DNA from: Minutocellus sp. GHC0000111
Lineage: Eukaryota
Assembly: GCA_977018835.1 (NCBI GenBank)
Contig: OZ361258.1
Coordinates: forward strand, 4,030,001-4,094,000
Length of the DNA: 64,000 nucleotides
Reading direction: 5' to 3'
Under the pieces are notes generated by a model. The model did not search any database. It had not been told where the DNA came from and was given only the letters and a program-made list of their open reading frames with translations. This document shows positions 12,932-24,415 of this stretch, one piece after another. The stretch's first letter is position 1; every line of letters starts with the position of its first letter. Position numbers and translations under genes: made by a program.

Positions 12932-13285
12932 TGTATTGGGTACTAGTAGGAGATGAATTGACTTCTGAACGTTTTTGTAGATTATGAAGGATGGGCATTG
13001 GTGCCGAGAGGATGTGTCGCATACGATTCTTGTCCTAGCGTGGAGCGTGGATTAGAAACTTGGATGGAATCGTGAAGCTAAAAATTTGAGGCCGTGGAAA
13101 AGCTGAATAACCTTGCGTGGAAATCCTGGCCATTCCCACACTGCCAGGATATGTACGTAGTATTCCACGCTAAAATCTCGGACGGCGCAAGTGCTACATA
13201 GAGGATGCGAACCTAGCTTGCGAACCATTCCACATCAATTGAAGGATGCAGCTGTACAGCCCGGTCGACAGCCGGGTCGAAGGCT

Positions 13286-15076
13286 TTATAATTGTTCTTC
13301 TCTGGCTTGCCGAAAGATATCTTGTAGATGTGGATGGAATAACAAGCGTCTGAAGAAGACAAGATTGAGCCCAAATATAAAGGAAATCATCAGGTTGAAG
13401 ATGACATAGAGAACAAAGGCACTGCCCGGTATGAATGCCTTTTCGATCTGCTCCAACCAGTCCTGAGACTCAAATGCAGCGGAGTAACAAACTATGAACG
13501 GGAACACAAAGAATCGACAGTAAAGAAAGAACGGCACCACGAGATATCGGTGCAATCGCTTCACAAATTTCGGCCGGCGAATAGGAGAGGATTCAGGCGC
13601 ATTGATACAAACCTGCAGCAACTGAAGGCTGATACTGCTACTCTCCAGCGTGAATATGCCGACTGCACCAAGCCGACGAAGGCCTGAGAATATGTAGCAG
13701 AGGAAAATGAGAGTAAGCGAAACCAAATGCTCTGCTAGAGGTCGGAGATAACTCTTCATGGATGTTTTCATGCTAATCATTCTCTCATTCCCCTCCTCGT
13801 ATAAGAGTAAAAGAGCCATCGATAGGATATGGAACCATAGACTGTGCAGTTGATAGGCGCCCTGTGCTAGGAAGAAGATGTGGAGGGCAGCGTTGTTGTG
13901 ATCAAAGTCGGAATCAAGGGATCCAAGTGCGATGCTGCCAGAGCGATCCCAACAATTCCGAGTACTCGAAGATGCCAGACCTCCAACGTAGACCGGCCAA
14001 AAATTCGCCGTTCGGAAGAGCGAGTAAGCCATTAGACAAGATGCCGAGCAGTATAGGCAACGAAAGATTGCGGTGGCAAACCTGGGCGCAGAGAAAATTC
14101 GTTGCGCCGCCGATGTATCAAGATTCTCAAAATTGGCGGCAGGAACAGGCTCATGTCCAAGCGATCGGCGGATAGAATCTTGTATTCTTGACCCCACACG
14201 CTCGCTGAAGAGAGCTGTTCGAGCATCGTCATCCTCCTCAGTATCTTCAAGGTCAATTTGATTGCTATAATCGTCTTTTTCGTCTTCACTGCCACCAAGA
14301 TCAGGAGCAGCCAGAGCGGACAAATTGCCACGGAGGGATCCGCCCACGTTATTCTTCCTGTTCACCGCTGGGGAAAACTCATACGATGAGGATGACGATA
14401 AGATGTGCGTAGATTTGCACCTTGTCATTGCGGCAAGACGCTGTGGTGCTAGTGCACGGGGAACGAGCAACGATACGAGGAGTACCCGAACGATAGCCAA
14501 AACCATTGCGCTCGTCATGACGAGCAGTAGATCATTGAGCGGAGTGCTGTCGCGGTACAAATGCCTTCGTGCACTGGCAAAGAATCCCGAATCGTCTTCC
14601 CCTACTTCGTCATCCATTCCGCACCATTCTGATGTTGCAATATATCCGCAGGCATAGCTGGCTGCCTTGCTGGAGTAATAACTGGCGTAACTCGACACGG
14701 TATCATAATAGGTCATTTCCCCCGCAGCCTGCTGTTCACCATCGTCCACTGACAACCAGTTGGACTGAAGAGCATCGATCACCCCCAGTATATGCTCCTC
14801 ATAAACTCTTACAATGAATCCAATAATAGCCGGGGCCGAAATGCATAGCCAATACAGCGTCGCTGCACCGATTAGCTCCTTCGCCGCCGAACCTCGCTGC
14901 CGACCCGGCATCTTCTTGGTCTTGGCACTTGACGAAGTACCGCCACCACCACCCCTTTTCACGACCGCTATACGAGGATTGTGATGATCATCACCGCCAG
15001 TGCTATCGAGTATCTTCCGCCGAGCTCCTCGGTCGCGTTTCTTGCCCGCCTCAGCGACCACAGGTTCACCCTTCAT
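13286..15076 (-). CDS. TLC (TRAM/LAG1/CLN8) domain membrane protein, ceramide-synthase-like
   Basis: 596 aa, multiple TMs; Lag1-like segment AEHLVSLTLIFLCY...RRLGAVGIFTLESSS, plus FFLYCRFFVFP. Confidence 0.7.
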   Translation of the reverse strand: MKGEPVVAEAGKKRDRGARRKILDSTGGDDHHNPRIAVVKRGGGGGTSSSAKTKKMPGRQRGSAAKELIGAATLYWLCISAPAIIGFIVRVYEEHILGVIDALQSNWLSVDDGEQQAAGEMTYYDTVSSYASYYSSKAASYACGYIATSEWCGMDDEVGEDDSGFFASARRHLYRDSTPLNDLLLVMTSAMVLAIVRVLLVSLLVPRALAPQRLAAMTRCKSTHILSSSSSYEFSPAVNRKNNVGGSLRGNLSALAAPDLGGSEDEKDDYSNQIDLEDTEEDDDARTALFSERVGSRIQDSIRRSLGHEPVPAANFENLDTSAAQRIFSAPRFATAIFRCLYCSASCLMAYSLFRTANFWPVYVGGLASSSTRNCWDRSGSIALGSLDSDFDHNNAALHIFFLAQGAYQLHSLWFHILSMALLLLYEEGNERMISMKTSMKSYLRPLAEHLVSLTLIFLCYIFSGLRRLGAVGIFTLESSSISLQLLQVCINAPESSPIRRPKFVKRLHRYLVVPFFLYCRFFVFPFIVCYSAAFESQDWLEQIEKAFIPGSAFVLYVIFNLMISFIFGLNLVFFRRLLFHPHLQDIFRQAREEQL

Positions 15077-15763
15077 CGTCGAGGAACGTTGATGTCAGGT
15101 CAAGTATCAGTCGAGATGCGCCGGCGTCAATAACTAATGAAAGAGATAAACGACAAGACGCCGATTCCAATGCACAGAGCGCAGGAAGAGAAGAGGAAAC
15201 AAATGGGATGTAAGTTTGAATGCGCACGGGGAGCCGAATCAGAGGAGGTCACTCGATCCGAACCAAACACGTTTATTATGCGCATGTTCGTGACACGCCG
15301 GCCAGAACACCCATCATGGTTGGCCACTTGCTTGTGCTGATGATTCATGGCAGCCGACCGCCTAGCCCACATCGACTATATGCCTGCAAATGATGACGAA
15401 ACAATTAAACACTCACTTAATTAATGGTCCAAACCGCTAATCTACTATCACTGCGAGCAGTCAGCAAATAATCTGACGAGAGATGACGAGCCCGTCTCGG
15501 AGCCAGAGCCAGAGGCCAGCAGGCCAGAGGCCAGAGGCACTGATGATCCCGTTTTTCCACTGATGATCCCGTGTTTGAGAGAAAAACGGGATCAGTCGTA
15601 GCCATCACAGTCAGACCACCGCCACCGCCACAAACTGAAGAGGCAAGTCGAGTCAGGCCGAGCGAAGGGAGCAACTGCAAGCAACAAAGCGCAGGCGGGG
15701 GATCAGTGAATACCTCAATACACTCGCAGTACCTAAGCACCAGGCCAGTACCGCGCCTGAAGA

Positions 15764-16282
15764 ATGTCCGACAATGACAAGGCAGCAATAGTGTCCGATG
15801 CCGGTCCAGTAAGCGTTGGTTGGACCAACGCATTGCCGGAGGCATTCGGAATCCGAGAGTCGGTGCAAAACAATCCCTTCCGATGGTGCGTCCGGGAAAG
15901 TTTCATGTGGGGAATTGCCACCGGGACGGCGATGGGGTTGCACCGGCTGCGGATGAAGTCACATCCATTCTTTGCCTTCAATGTCGCCTTCGGCACGAGT
16001 TTGCTAGTGGCCGCCCCGTCGTACTACTTCTGCTTCCGACGGAGGGAGTACAAGGAACAGACGATCGAAATGATGATGAAGGCGAACGACTTTCGACATG
16101 AGGAAGATATGCCAGAACCAGTGCCATTGGGAGAACACCCATTCATGGAGGAGGCGGCCGAGGCGGAGAAAAAATTGGGCAAGGAATTCATCGCAGAGCT
16201 CAAGGAGAGGAAGGAATGGCAAAAGGCACCACCGATGGATGAGCGAGATCCGAGCAAGATATTCAAGGAGGTTGGGAAGTAA
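15764..16282 (+). CDS. COX20: Cytochrome c oxidase assembly factor COX20/FAM36A-like
   Basis: CVRESFMWGIATGTAMGLHRL...YYFCFRRR with two TM segments. Confidence 0.75.
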   Translation: MSDNDKAAIVSDAGPVSVGWTNALPEAFGIRESVQNNPFRWCVRESFMWGIATGTAMGLHRLRMKSHPFFAFNVAFGTSLLVAAPSYYFCFRRREYKEQTIEMMMKANDFRHEEDMPEPVPLGEHPFMEEAAEAEKKLGKEFIAELKERKEWQKAPPMDERDPSKIFKEVGK

Positions 16283-16773
16283 GTGGTGATTATTCTCTTC
16301 ATGGTGATTAAAAATCCCATTTAGGAAAGAACAGAGATGACTTCTCCCCCGGCCGTCCCAGCCAATTATTTTTTTGACTGTGGATGGTTGAAATGATGTG
16401 CATTTCGGCGCCATGTTGTACATGAGAGTGATATCCTCACGAAATAGGTCTCGCTATTATCTTACAATGCAAGGAAAGCTGCTATTAAGATCTTCATTAT
16501 GCCTGAGAATCGAATCTTCCTCCTTTTGCCTCCGAAATGCTAAAAATTCTGTCTCGTGGGGTTGAGCAGGGCTTTCGAAATGACGCTTACTGGCGAAGGC
16601 CAGACGAAATCTATCTGATGGATAAAAGAGACCCGGAGCAGATCTTTGGCCTTGAACCTTGAAGCCCGCGCCTTTGGTGCTGGACCACGCGACCGCAGGC
16701 ATCTGAAAGTTCCGACCTTTGCTCTCGACCACTCACAATTCAACAGAATTTTTGTATTTCCTCTCTCGTAAAC

Positions 16774-17707
16774 ATGAAGACCGCCGCCTGCCTCGCTGCC
16801 ATCCTCGGCTCTGCCGCCGCCTTTGCCCCTGCCCAGACCGGCAAGGCTTCCACCGCTCTCCGCGCCTTCGAGGACGAGGTGAGAAAGATGTGAATTGTAG
16901 CCATTGGCGCAACATTGAATTCTGATGAGAATGTTGGCATTGTGAGATCGATGGAGATCAGCAAGCATTTGCTATGCTGCTACTGGCCCAAACTCATATC
17001 GTCTCTTGATGCAAAGCAAAGATTTATGAAATCTTATTCTAACATGTCAGGAGGCAAAGGTCGGATAGTAGAAAGTCTACCTCTAGCATTGGATCAAGCC
17101 GAGCAATGCTACTTTGATGATCATAGAACATTCAACTTCAACATCTCACAAATCGACACTTCTCCAAACTAATTTCCACCTCCAAACAATGCAGCTCGGT
17201 GCCCAGCCCCCTCTTGGCTTCTTCGACCCCCTCGGCCTTGTCGCTGACGGAAACGAGGCCAAGTTCAACCGCCTCCGTTACGTTGAGATCAAGCACGGCC
17301 GCATTGCCATGCTTGCCTTCCTTGGCAACATCATCACCCGTGCTGGTGTCCACCTTGGCGGTGCCATCGACCTCAGCGGCCGCGAGTTCTCCGATGTCCC
17401 CAACGGCTTCGCTGCCCTTTACGGCCCCGATGCCATCCCCCGCGAGGGCCTCCTCCAGATCGTCCTTTTCATCGGATGGCTCGAGCTCTTTGTCATGCGC
17501 GACGTTGCCGGAACCGGCGAGTTCCCCGGCGATTTCCGCAACATGCCCCTCGGCATTGACTTCGGCTGGGACACCTTCTCCGAGGAGCAGAAGTTCCAGA
17601 AGCGCGCCATCGAGCTCAACCAGGGCCGTGCCGCTATGATGGGCATCCTTGGCCTTGCCGTCCACGACAAGCTCGGTGGATCCCTCCCCATTGTTGGCGA
17701 TTTGTAA
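16774..17707 (+). CDS. Lhcf: Fucoxanthin chlorophyll a/c-binding protein (Lhcf type); exons 16774-16878 and 17195-17707, 205 aa
   Basis: Bipartite leader ...SAAAFAP; AFEDE|LGAQPPLGFFDPLG; EIKHGRIAM; ELNQGRAAM; phase-0 GT-AG intron. Confidence 0.97.
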
Positions 17708-17986
17708 ATACTGTGTGGGATGAACGTGGGGTAGAAGATCCGACACAGACCCATTCACTGTTGCACTTTTGCAATCGTCGCAATCATCATCAATCGCACA
17801 CGCACATCGTTTCACTCTCTTAGCTGGGAACTGGATATGTTCTACTAGCACTTGCACATTTACATTTGCATTTGATTACGTAGCTTAACGAAAGCAAAAT
17901 ATTACAAGTACATGTACGAATGTAAAGGAATACATTCTAATAGATTCCTACTAGGAATTCCTACTCTCTAAATTCTACCACATCAC

Positions 17987-19142
17987 TCACCCAACCTCTA
18001 GCTCCGGATTGAGATACAAAATAAGCTCATTGCCCTTTTGCATGCACCACCAGTACAAATAGAGGACCATTCCAAAGGATAATGCACATGCAGCTGTCCG
18101 CGGACAAAAAATTGGATAGAAATGTAATCCTATGCGATCCATAACAAAGAGATACAACGCCGAGTATAAAGCCACGACGATATACGCGACGTACAAGTCG
18201 GATTCGGTAAAATGTCTGGCGCTGCTACCCCAGATATTATTGACAATGGCCATGGGCAGATTCAATCCATGAATATTTGACATGAAAAAGCCACAGTTGA
18301 ACTTGAGAAAGTTTTGTCTTTTTCCTCCAGGGGGCATCGACTTGAAGTAGATGATTGGAAACAGCAGAAAATTCCAAATGGTAAAGGTAATGAAAGCGGC
18401 CACAGCTGCGGGAAACCGGAGAGATGATCCCCACACAGCCAGCTTGACGGCCAACTCAGGTCTGGACGGATTTATAATCTTTGCGGCGGCCTCCAAACCT
18501 GCGCGAAACGTCAGTATGCCCCAACTCCACCCAGTGTAACTAATCCAAAACCCTGAAATGGCGCCCATGTCATACCTCGCCTTGAGTACTACAATGATGC
18601 CCCAGGCAAATATCGCACAGTCGGCCCAAAATCCAGCATCATCCGTCTTGGTCATGGCAAACTCCAGTGGTGGTTTGTACAGATACATGCCGGTGTAGAA
18701 CCCAATAATGAAGAGCACGGCCACGGGGCTCCAATACCCAACCCTCATCCACAAGGGTAACCAATCAAACCAGGAATTATAACTTTTGGCATTTTTTCAA
18801 TACGAATAGGGCGATTAAAATGTGAATTAGCAAACATCAAATAAATTGAGCAATGCTACAATTTCATCCAACATCGAGCAACCAGACAATAACAACTCAC
18901 CTGCCTTGATTATCGTAAATGTGCCATTTGAACTTGGGCCGCCATTCCTTGGCATCTCTCGGGATATATGAGATTCTCCGATGGAAAGTTGTGGGTCCAG
19001 CGTGGGAACTCATGGATCGTTTGACCTTTCGCGACGATGACGACGGAGATGAAGCAGACTTGGGACTTTCAGTAGTATTATTACTACTGTCAGCAATCTC
19101 CCTTGCACTTCGGTTGCTGGCCTGATGCGCTCGATCAAACAT
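17987..19142 (-). CDS. Multi-TM protein of AIG1/FAR-17a/rolling-stone-like type; exons 19142-18901 and 18782-17987
   Basis: Intron GTGAGT...AAAG keeps frame (QG-S-YNSWF); motifs SYTGWSW, NIHGLNLP, FYPIF. Confidence 0.6.
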
Positions 19143-19458
19143 GCTGAGTGGTAGTAAATCGTGCCAAAGTGTTGGCGTGATGGATGTGATGTCTTTCGTC
19201 GTCGGTGTGTGACGCGGCGGTCCGCTCCAATCAAAATCACAACTTCTGCAAAATAAATATCTGCGCAATGGCACAACTGATACAACAAACGAACAATTCT
19301 GCGAGGTTGGTGTAGTCTATTGGAATAAAGTGATTCGTTGCTCTCTTCTGCAGCCTTTGGGTTCTTCAGCCGGTGCTCCGGTGCTCTTTCGGCGTTGTTC
19401 GGTGAAAATCGGGTTGATCCCGAAAAACCACAAACGGCATGTCATCATTTTGAGAACC

Positions 19459-21548
19459 ATGGCCTCCTCGCCAAGCGCCGCTCCTTTCAGCGCGGAAGGG
19501 GAAAGCATACGAAAGCAGGTATCACCCAGCCGGAGATCTGAGCCCAAATTAGCCGACCGCAACGACGCCAATATCCAAATCACGCACGTACCGCTGTCGC
19601 CATCCAGCACAAGTGATGCAGCCAACCGCATAATTTTATCGGGAGTGGCATGGAAGCGTCGTTCGGGATTTGGTCGTTTGTCCGATACCGTCGGCGTCGG
19701 CAAATCATGGGAACGTCGTCGATTTGTGTTGTATGCCGGTGGGGGTGGTGGTCCGAACGCAGTTGCGCGAGACGGTGGAACACCTCGACTCGTCTATTAT
19801 CCGCTTAATGAATTCCAATCTCAAACGACACCTCGGGGTACCCTCGACCTCTTGGCCGAGCGGGCCACGATCCATGCTACCTAGGTACGCACTTTGGCAA
19901 TGAGGTGGCCGGGGCACAACCCACGCCATATACTTTAAGCATCAAAACCACCGATGGTATCGCACCCGAAAGCACCAAGTGGAAGTTATGTTTTGATGAT
20001 CGGTACGCACAGATGGCATGGCTCGTCGCCCTGACGGATGTGGTCGTAGAGGCCAGCGTGCGGCAGTGTAACGCTGCGACACTGGCGGCCAAGGTTCAGG
20101 TCGACAGAGGGCTGCTAGGGTTCGGTGTCGGTGGTGGAGAACATGGTGGATTTCACAGGCTGTACGAGGAGGGTGTACCCGTGGGTGGAATGCTGGGCGT
20201 CGTTCATGGTGCATTAGTAGATGCTAGCAAATCGGACGACGACGACGACGACGATGATGATTATGAGAATGACGACGACGACAATATCGAGTCCGATAGG
20301 ACAAAAGAAACACAAAAAATACAAAAGCATACACAAACCCAAAGGCAAAGAGAAAGACGATACGCACCGATGGAGAGCTTCGTGGAGATGGAAGCGACCG
20401 CAGAAGCAGAATTGAAGGCAGCTGTCACTGGTACCGATGGCGACAAAAGGGATCATGATTTGGCATCTGACGAACCTGACTCAGACGCACCATTATCATT
20501 TGATTCGCAATCATTGCTGCATGCCTTGGCCGTGGTCAATCTATCGGTATTATATGCACACTTTACAGCCAAGAGCACATCCTTCCTGGTGATATCCTGG
20601 TGGCAAGTCCTGCTCGCAGTCAATGTGTGCCTTTACAAATGCCTGGCCCCAACGCCAACAACGAAGAAGACCGAAACAAATACATTGAAACAAGACAAGA
20701 CTGAAGAAAGCAAGAAATTAATCGAAGACGACATAGAAACCGAACAAGTGCAAGACGAGATAGCACCAATCGAAAAGAACGACACAGATGTGTCCATTCA
20801 AATGACGAAGAGCATGATTGGCGCAGAACTATTGAGGGGCGAGGACGTGCCATTGTCCGATGAGCCGGTAGCGGCGGGGACATCCAAATTAAATAAAGAT
20901 GCCAGTCATCTCAAGCAAGCATCGTCATCTCCACAACGGGTGGAAACGCTCACGGAAGAAGAAATGTCAGCTCATGACCACGAGCGATGGGCAGTGGCAG
21001 CTCCAGATGTGGATCTATCAGGTTCCTGGACGCTCATCGCCGATGATGCCTTCAAGGCGGAATATGACCAATATCTGTGCAATCTTGGATTCAATAGAAT
21101 CACCCGCGGGGTCGCCTGTTCTCTAATCAGCCGAACACTAGAGGAAACAAGACAATTTGAGGGTGGGCGCAAGCTCTTTTTATAGGGAACCAATCCGAAG
21201 GGATGCTGGGAGCGGACTCTAGTCGCATCGGGATATCCTGACTTTCATACCCACTCATCAAAGAAGGAAGGCCAAGATTATCAGCACAGTAAGAGCTTCA
21301 TCAAGACAGCTGATGCTGAAGATGTATCGGCCGAAGCATGGTGGGAAGATAGAGGCACAGTGCATCGATCATGGTTGCGAGGGGGGACAAAGTATGGAGG
21401 CGGAGACTTTCAATCTCTGAGATATCTCGAGGACAACGGGCAGGTGTTGGTCTGCAAGAGTATCTTTCATCCAAAAGACCCGTCGAAATCGGATGCTATA
21501 GTAACATGGCGCTTCAAGAAAAACGAAACCGAGCAAGCGCAGGCATAG
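19459..21548 (+). pseudogene. PH domain + TM + FABP/lipocalin-like protein, disrupted by a frameshift (~19881) and an in-frame TAG (21183-21185)
   Basis: PH motifs GVAWKRRSGF, SWERRRFVL, PRGTLDL, WKLCF...QMAWLVAL; C-terminal DLSGSWTL...EYDQYLCNLG; frame stays open after the TAG to 21548. Confidence 0.65.
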
Positions 21549-21737
21549 ACTTCTTCGTCAGTAGGAAAGAGCATTAGTAGTGTTATCATCTATTCGCGCT
21601 CAAGTGAATTATAAGCGTAAGCACAAGGAAAAAAAAAGACATAAATTATGAGCATGTAAAACGGGGGCGTAGCATTTACCCATGAGTTCCACAACGTATA
21701 CTTCATTCAACCAAAAACCATTGGTTCACATCATTGT

Positions 21738-23771
21738 CTACGCCTGCCGTCCGTCGGGAGTTTCTTCCGTGCCGTCAAAGCACTGGGTGCAGCACGAGCA
21801 CTCAATTTCCGGCGGATCACCAGCACAATCACTGGACAGTCTCTCCAGATCATTGGCGCAAATATCCGGGTTGATTTCGCCCGTCAGCATGTTGTTTTCA
21901 ACGCGAAAATCGACCAAATTGCTCAATTGACTGATAGTATCCGGAACAGTGCCAGTGAATTCGTTCGTCTCAAGACGAACCTTGGTAAGGGCTGTCAGAT
22001 CAAACACGCTGGATGGAAGGGTCCCCGTCATGAAATTACCATCGAGCTGAAGGATTTCAAGGCCTGCAATGTCTCCAATGGCGTCGGGAATTGGACCGGT
22101 GATGGAGTTGCCATAGCAGCTGATATCTTTGGTTTCAGTCAGGATGGCAATCTCGGAGGGCAGTGGTCCGCTCAATGCCAGCTCGAACAGCTGTACCTTC
22201 TTCACAACGAAAACTAGAGCCTGTGTCCGCCTCTGTTTGTTCTTTGCCTCGTTTGCATTCTTTCCACGAAGGCTGGCAGTAGTGCTGCTTTCATCTTCTC
22301 TCAATTTTCTTCCAGAAGCTGGCTGTGCCTCGCAACCAATGCCAATCCACTGGCACTCTGAAAGCTCGGGGTCCAACCAATCATTGTTCAGTCTCCAATT
22401 GTCACCGTCGGTAGCCAGATAGATGGTCGCCAGGGCATATCGCTGATTGATTTCGGTCTCAGTGTAGCCCGAAAGGCCGGGGTTGGTAAAGAGCCACTCG
22501 GCAGCCTGATACTGAGGACTCGATGGGTCCTCGAGAGCAGCACCGCCATCGGGGGAGATGGAGGCCAGATAGGAGAGGAGAATGTCGAACGCTGATACGG
22601 TAGGAGAAGAAGTAGGTGCCGCCGTGGGACCTGCAGGAACAATGGGCTCAGCAGTCGGTGCTCCAGGCTCGGGAGCGGCCGTGGGGGCCATGGTGGTAAT
22701 TCCTCTACTGCCGTCGTCTCTTCGGCTCAGGCCAAGTCCAAGACCGACGGCCACCACAATGAGAAGGAGAGCGGCAAAGACACCGTATTTGCACAGCTTG
22801 GACCGCTGCTCTCTCTTGGCCTCCTCGGAAAGGGGCACGGTCTTGATCGACTTGGGCGTTTCGGGAGCTCCACGGACGGGATTGCTCCCCATCACCACCG
22901 AGTCCTCATCCGCTGCAGGTGCAGCGGCTGTAACGGCGGTATCCTCGTTGACACTGGAATCTTCCTCGGCAACCTTTGCTTCCTCGGTGGCATCAGCCGC
23001 CGCAGCAGCAGCCGCGGCGGCATCCTGCTCGTTCTTGGCGGCAACGGCGGCCCCCAAACCAAGCGCCGCGGCAGCACCGGCGGCCCCGGCCCGGATGGAA
23101 TCGAAGACGGACACACGGCTCTCGTCGTCGTCCTTTAGTGCCGCGGCGGCGGCCTTCTTCTCCGTATCGACCTTCTTGGGATCGATCCCCGCTTCCTTGT
23201 TCTTGGCGGCGACGGCAGCGCCCAGGCCCATGGCGGCGGCGGTATTCTGACTGCCCTCCCGACCGAACACGGACAGGTTCTTGTCGTCACCGGGCGGGTC
23301 CTCCTGCTTCTTGGCGGGACTTTTGTCGGCGGGCGATCCCGGGATGGTGGGCATGGTGGCATTGGCCTCGTCGCTGTCGTTGTCGTCGGGAATGCTGCCG
23401 GTAAGCAGCGACGTGCCGGACATGGATTGCGGCAGCTCCTTGTCGTCGTCATCGGGGCTGGTGGGCATGGTACCAGCGAAGAGGGACGTCGAGCTCATGC
23501 TGACGGGCATTTCGTCGTCGGCATCCTCCAGACCTGGGGTGGTGGGGATGATGCCCGAAATCAGGGAAGTGGAACTCATGCTGACGGGCAGGTCGTCGGC
23601 GGTATCGTCGTCCATCCGGCCCAATGCGGGAGGGGAGTTGAGCGCCCCGAGGGCGGCGACGGCGGAATCGTCCGTGTCGGACGAGGCGGTGGGACGGATT
23701 TCGCGGTCGGATTCCGATTCGGAGGCGTTGCCGCCGCGGCGGGGGGAGGAGAAGGGGCTGCTGAAGGGCAT
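21738..23771 (-). CDS. Leucine-rich repeat single-TM protein (expanded diatom family)
   Basis: 677 aa; TM, PTAAP linker, SPQYQAAEWL...QRYALA cap, LxGxxPxxI plant-type LRRs, C-terminal DC...CxCCTxC. Confidence 0.9.
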   Translation of the reverse strand: MPFSSPFSSPRRGGNASESESDREIRPTASSDTDDSAVAALGALNSPPALGRMDDDTADDLPVSMSSTSLISGIIPTTPGLEDADDEMPVSMSSTSLFAGTMPTSPDDDDKELPQSMSGTSLLTGSIPDDNDSDEANATMPTIPGSPADKSPAKKQEDPPGDDKNLSVFGREGSQNTAAAMGLGAAVAAKNKEAGIDPKKVDTEKKAAAAALKDDDESRVSVFDSIRAGAAGAAAALGLGAAVAAKNEQDAAAAAAAAADATEEAKVAEEDSSVNEDTAVTAAAPAADEDSVVMGSNPVRGAPETPKSIKTVPLSEEAKREQRSKLCKYGVFAALLLIVVAVGLGLGLSRRDDGSRGITTMAPTAAPEPGAPTAEPIVPAGPTAAPTSSPTVSAFDILLSYLASISPDGGAALEDPSSPQYQAAEWLFTNPGLSGYTETEINQRYALATIYLATDGDNWRLNNDWLDPELSECQWIGIGCEAQPASGRKLREDESSTTASLRGKNANEAKNKQRRTQALVFVVKKVQLFELALSGPLPSEIAILTETKDISCYGNSITGPIPDAIGDIAGLEILQLDGNFMTGTLPSSVFDLTALTKVRLETNEFTGTVPDTISQLSNLVDFRVENNMLTGEINPDICANDLERLSSDCAGDPPEIECSCCTQCFDGTEETPDGRQA

Positions 23772-24415
23772 GGCGGTGCAGCTGGTTGACGACTAATGAA
23801 TAGATTGCCAATTAATTGCCAGCAATTTATTCTGTACGAGAGTCAGGCAAGGGAGGTGCGGCTGAACTCAAAACCAATCCTCAAGATGTGCAATGAAATC
23901 CACCGAGGCTACTCTTTCACTCCACAGACAGCAGGAGAGAGAATCTGGGTTCCGAGTAATTTATGTATGGGACCGAACCAAAAATCAGATCGGTTTAGTT
24001 GAGATGTATTGTTTGCTTCCGACGGCTGGATGGAAGGTTCAAAAAGTGAAAGTGGCTGACGTGCTGGATTTACGGGAGACCCGACCGGCTCGAATAAACG
24101 GATTTACATATTATATGGATCGAGCGAGTCCAAAGAATTTCGATTTCTGCAGTGCATCCGATGACCCGGTTGTTGGTGAAGTTGGTCGCCGTTTTTTGAC
24201 ACGAACGCGAGGGCAGAAGATACGCTCTCGGCACAAGATGTGCTGGTTTCACACCCGGCCGCTATTTGACAGAGTTGAACACACTTGACCACCCCCACCT
24301 CCTGAGTTGCCCAGTATCTTCTCTTGCTGGTTCTCTCGAGGGATATCAACACACGGAAACAGCAGAGGTGCGTTCGATCGAACGAACTCACAGCACAAAA
24401 CCCAAAAAACAAACG

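Noticed and set aside
16879..17194. Intronic box C/D snoRNA in the Lhcf intron
   Set aside because: TGATGA is present but there is no convincing downstream box D or terminal stem
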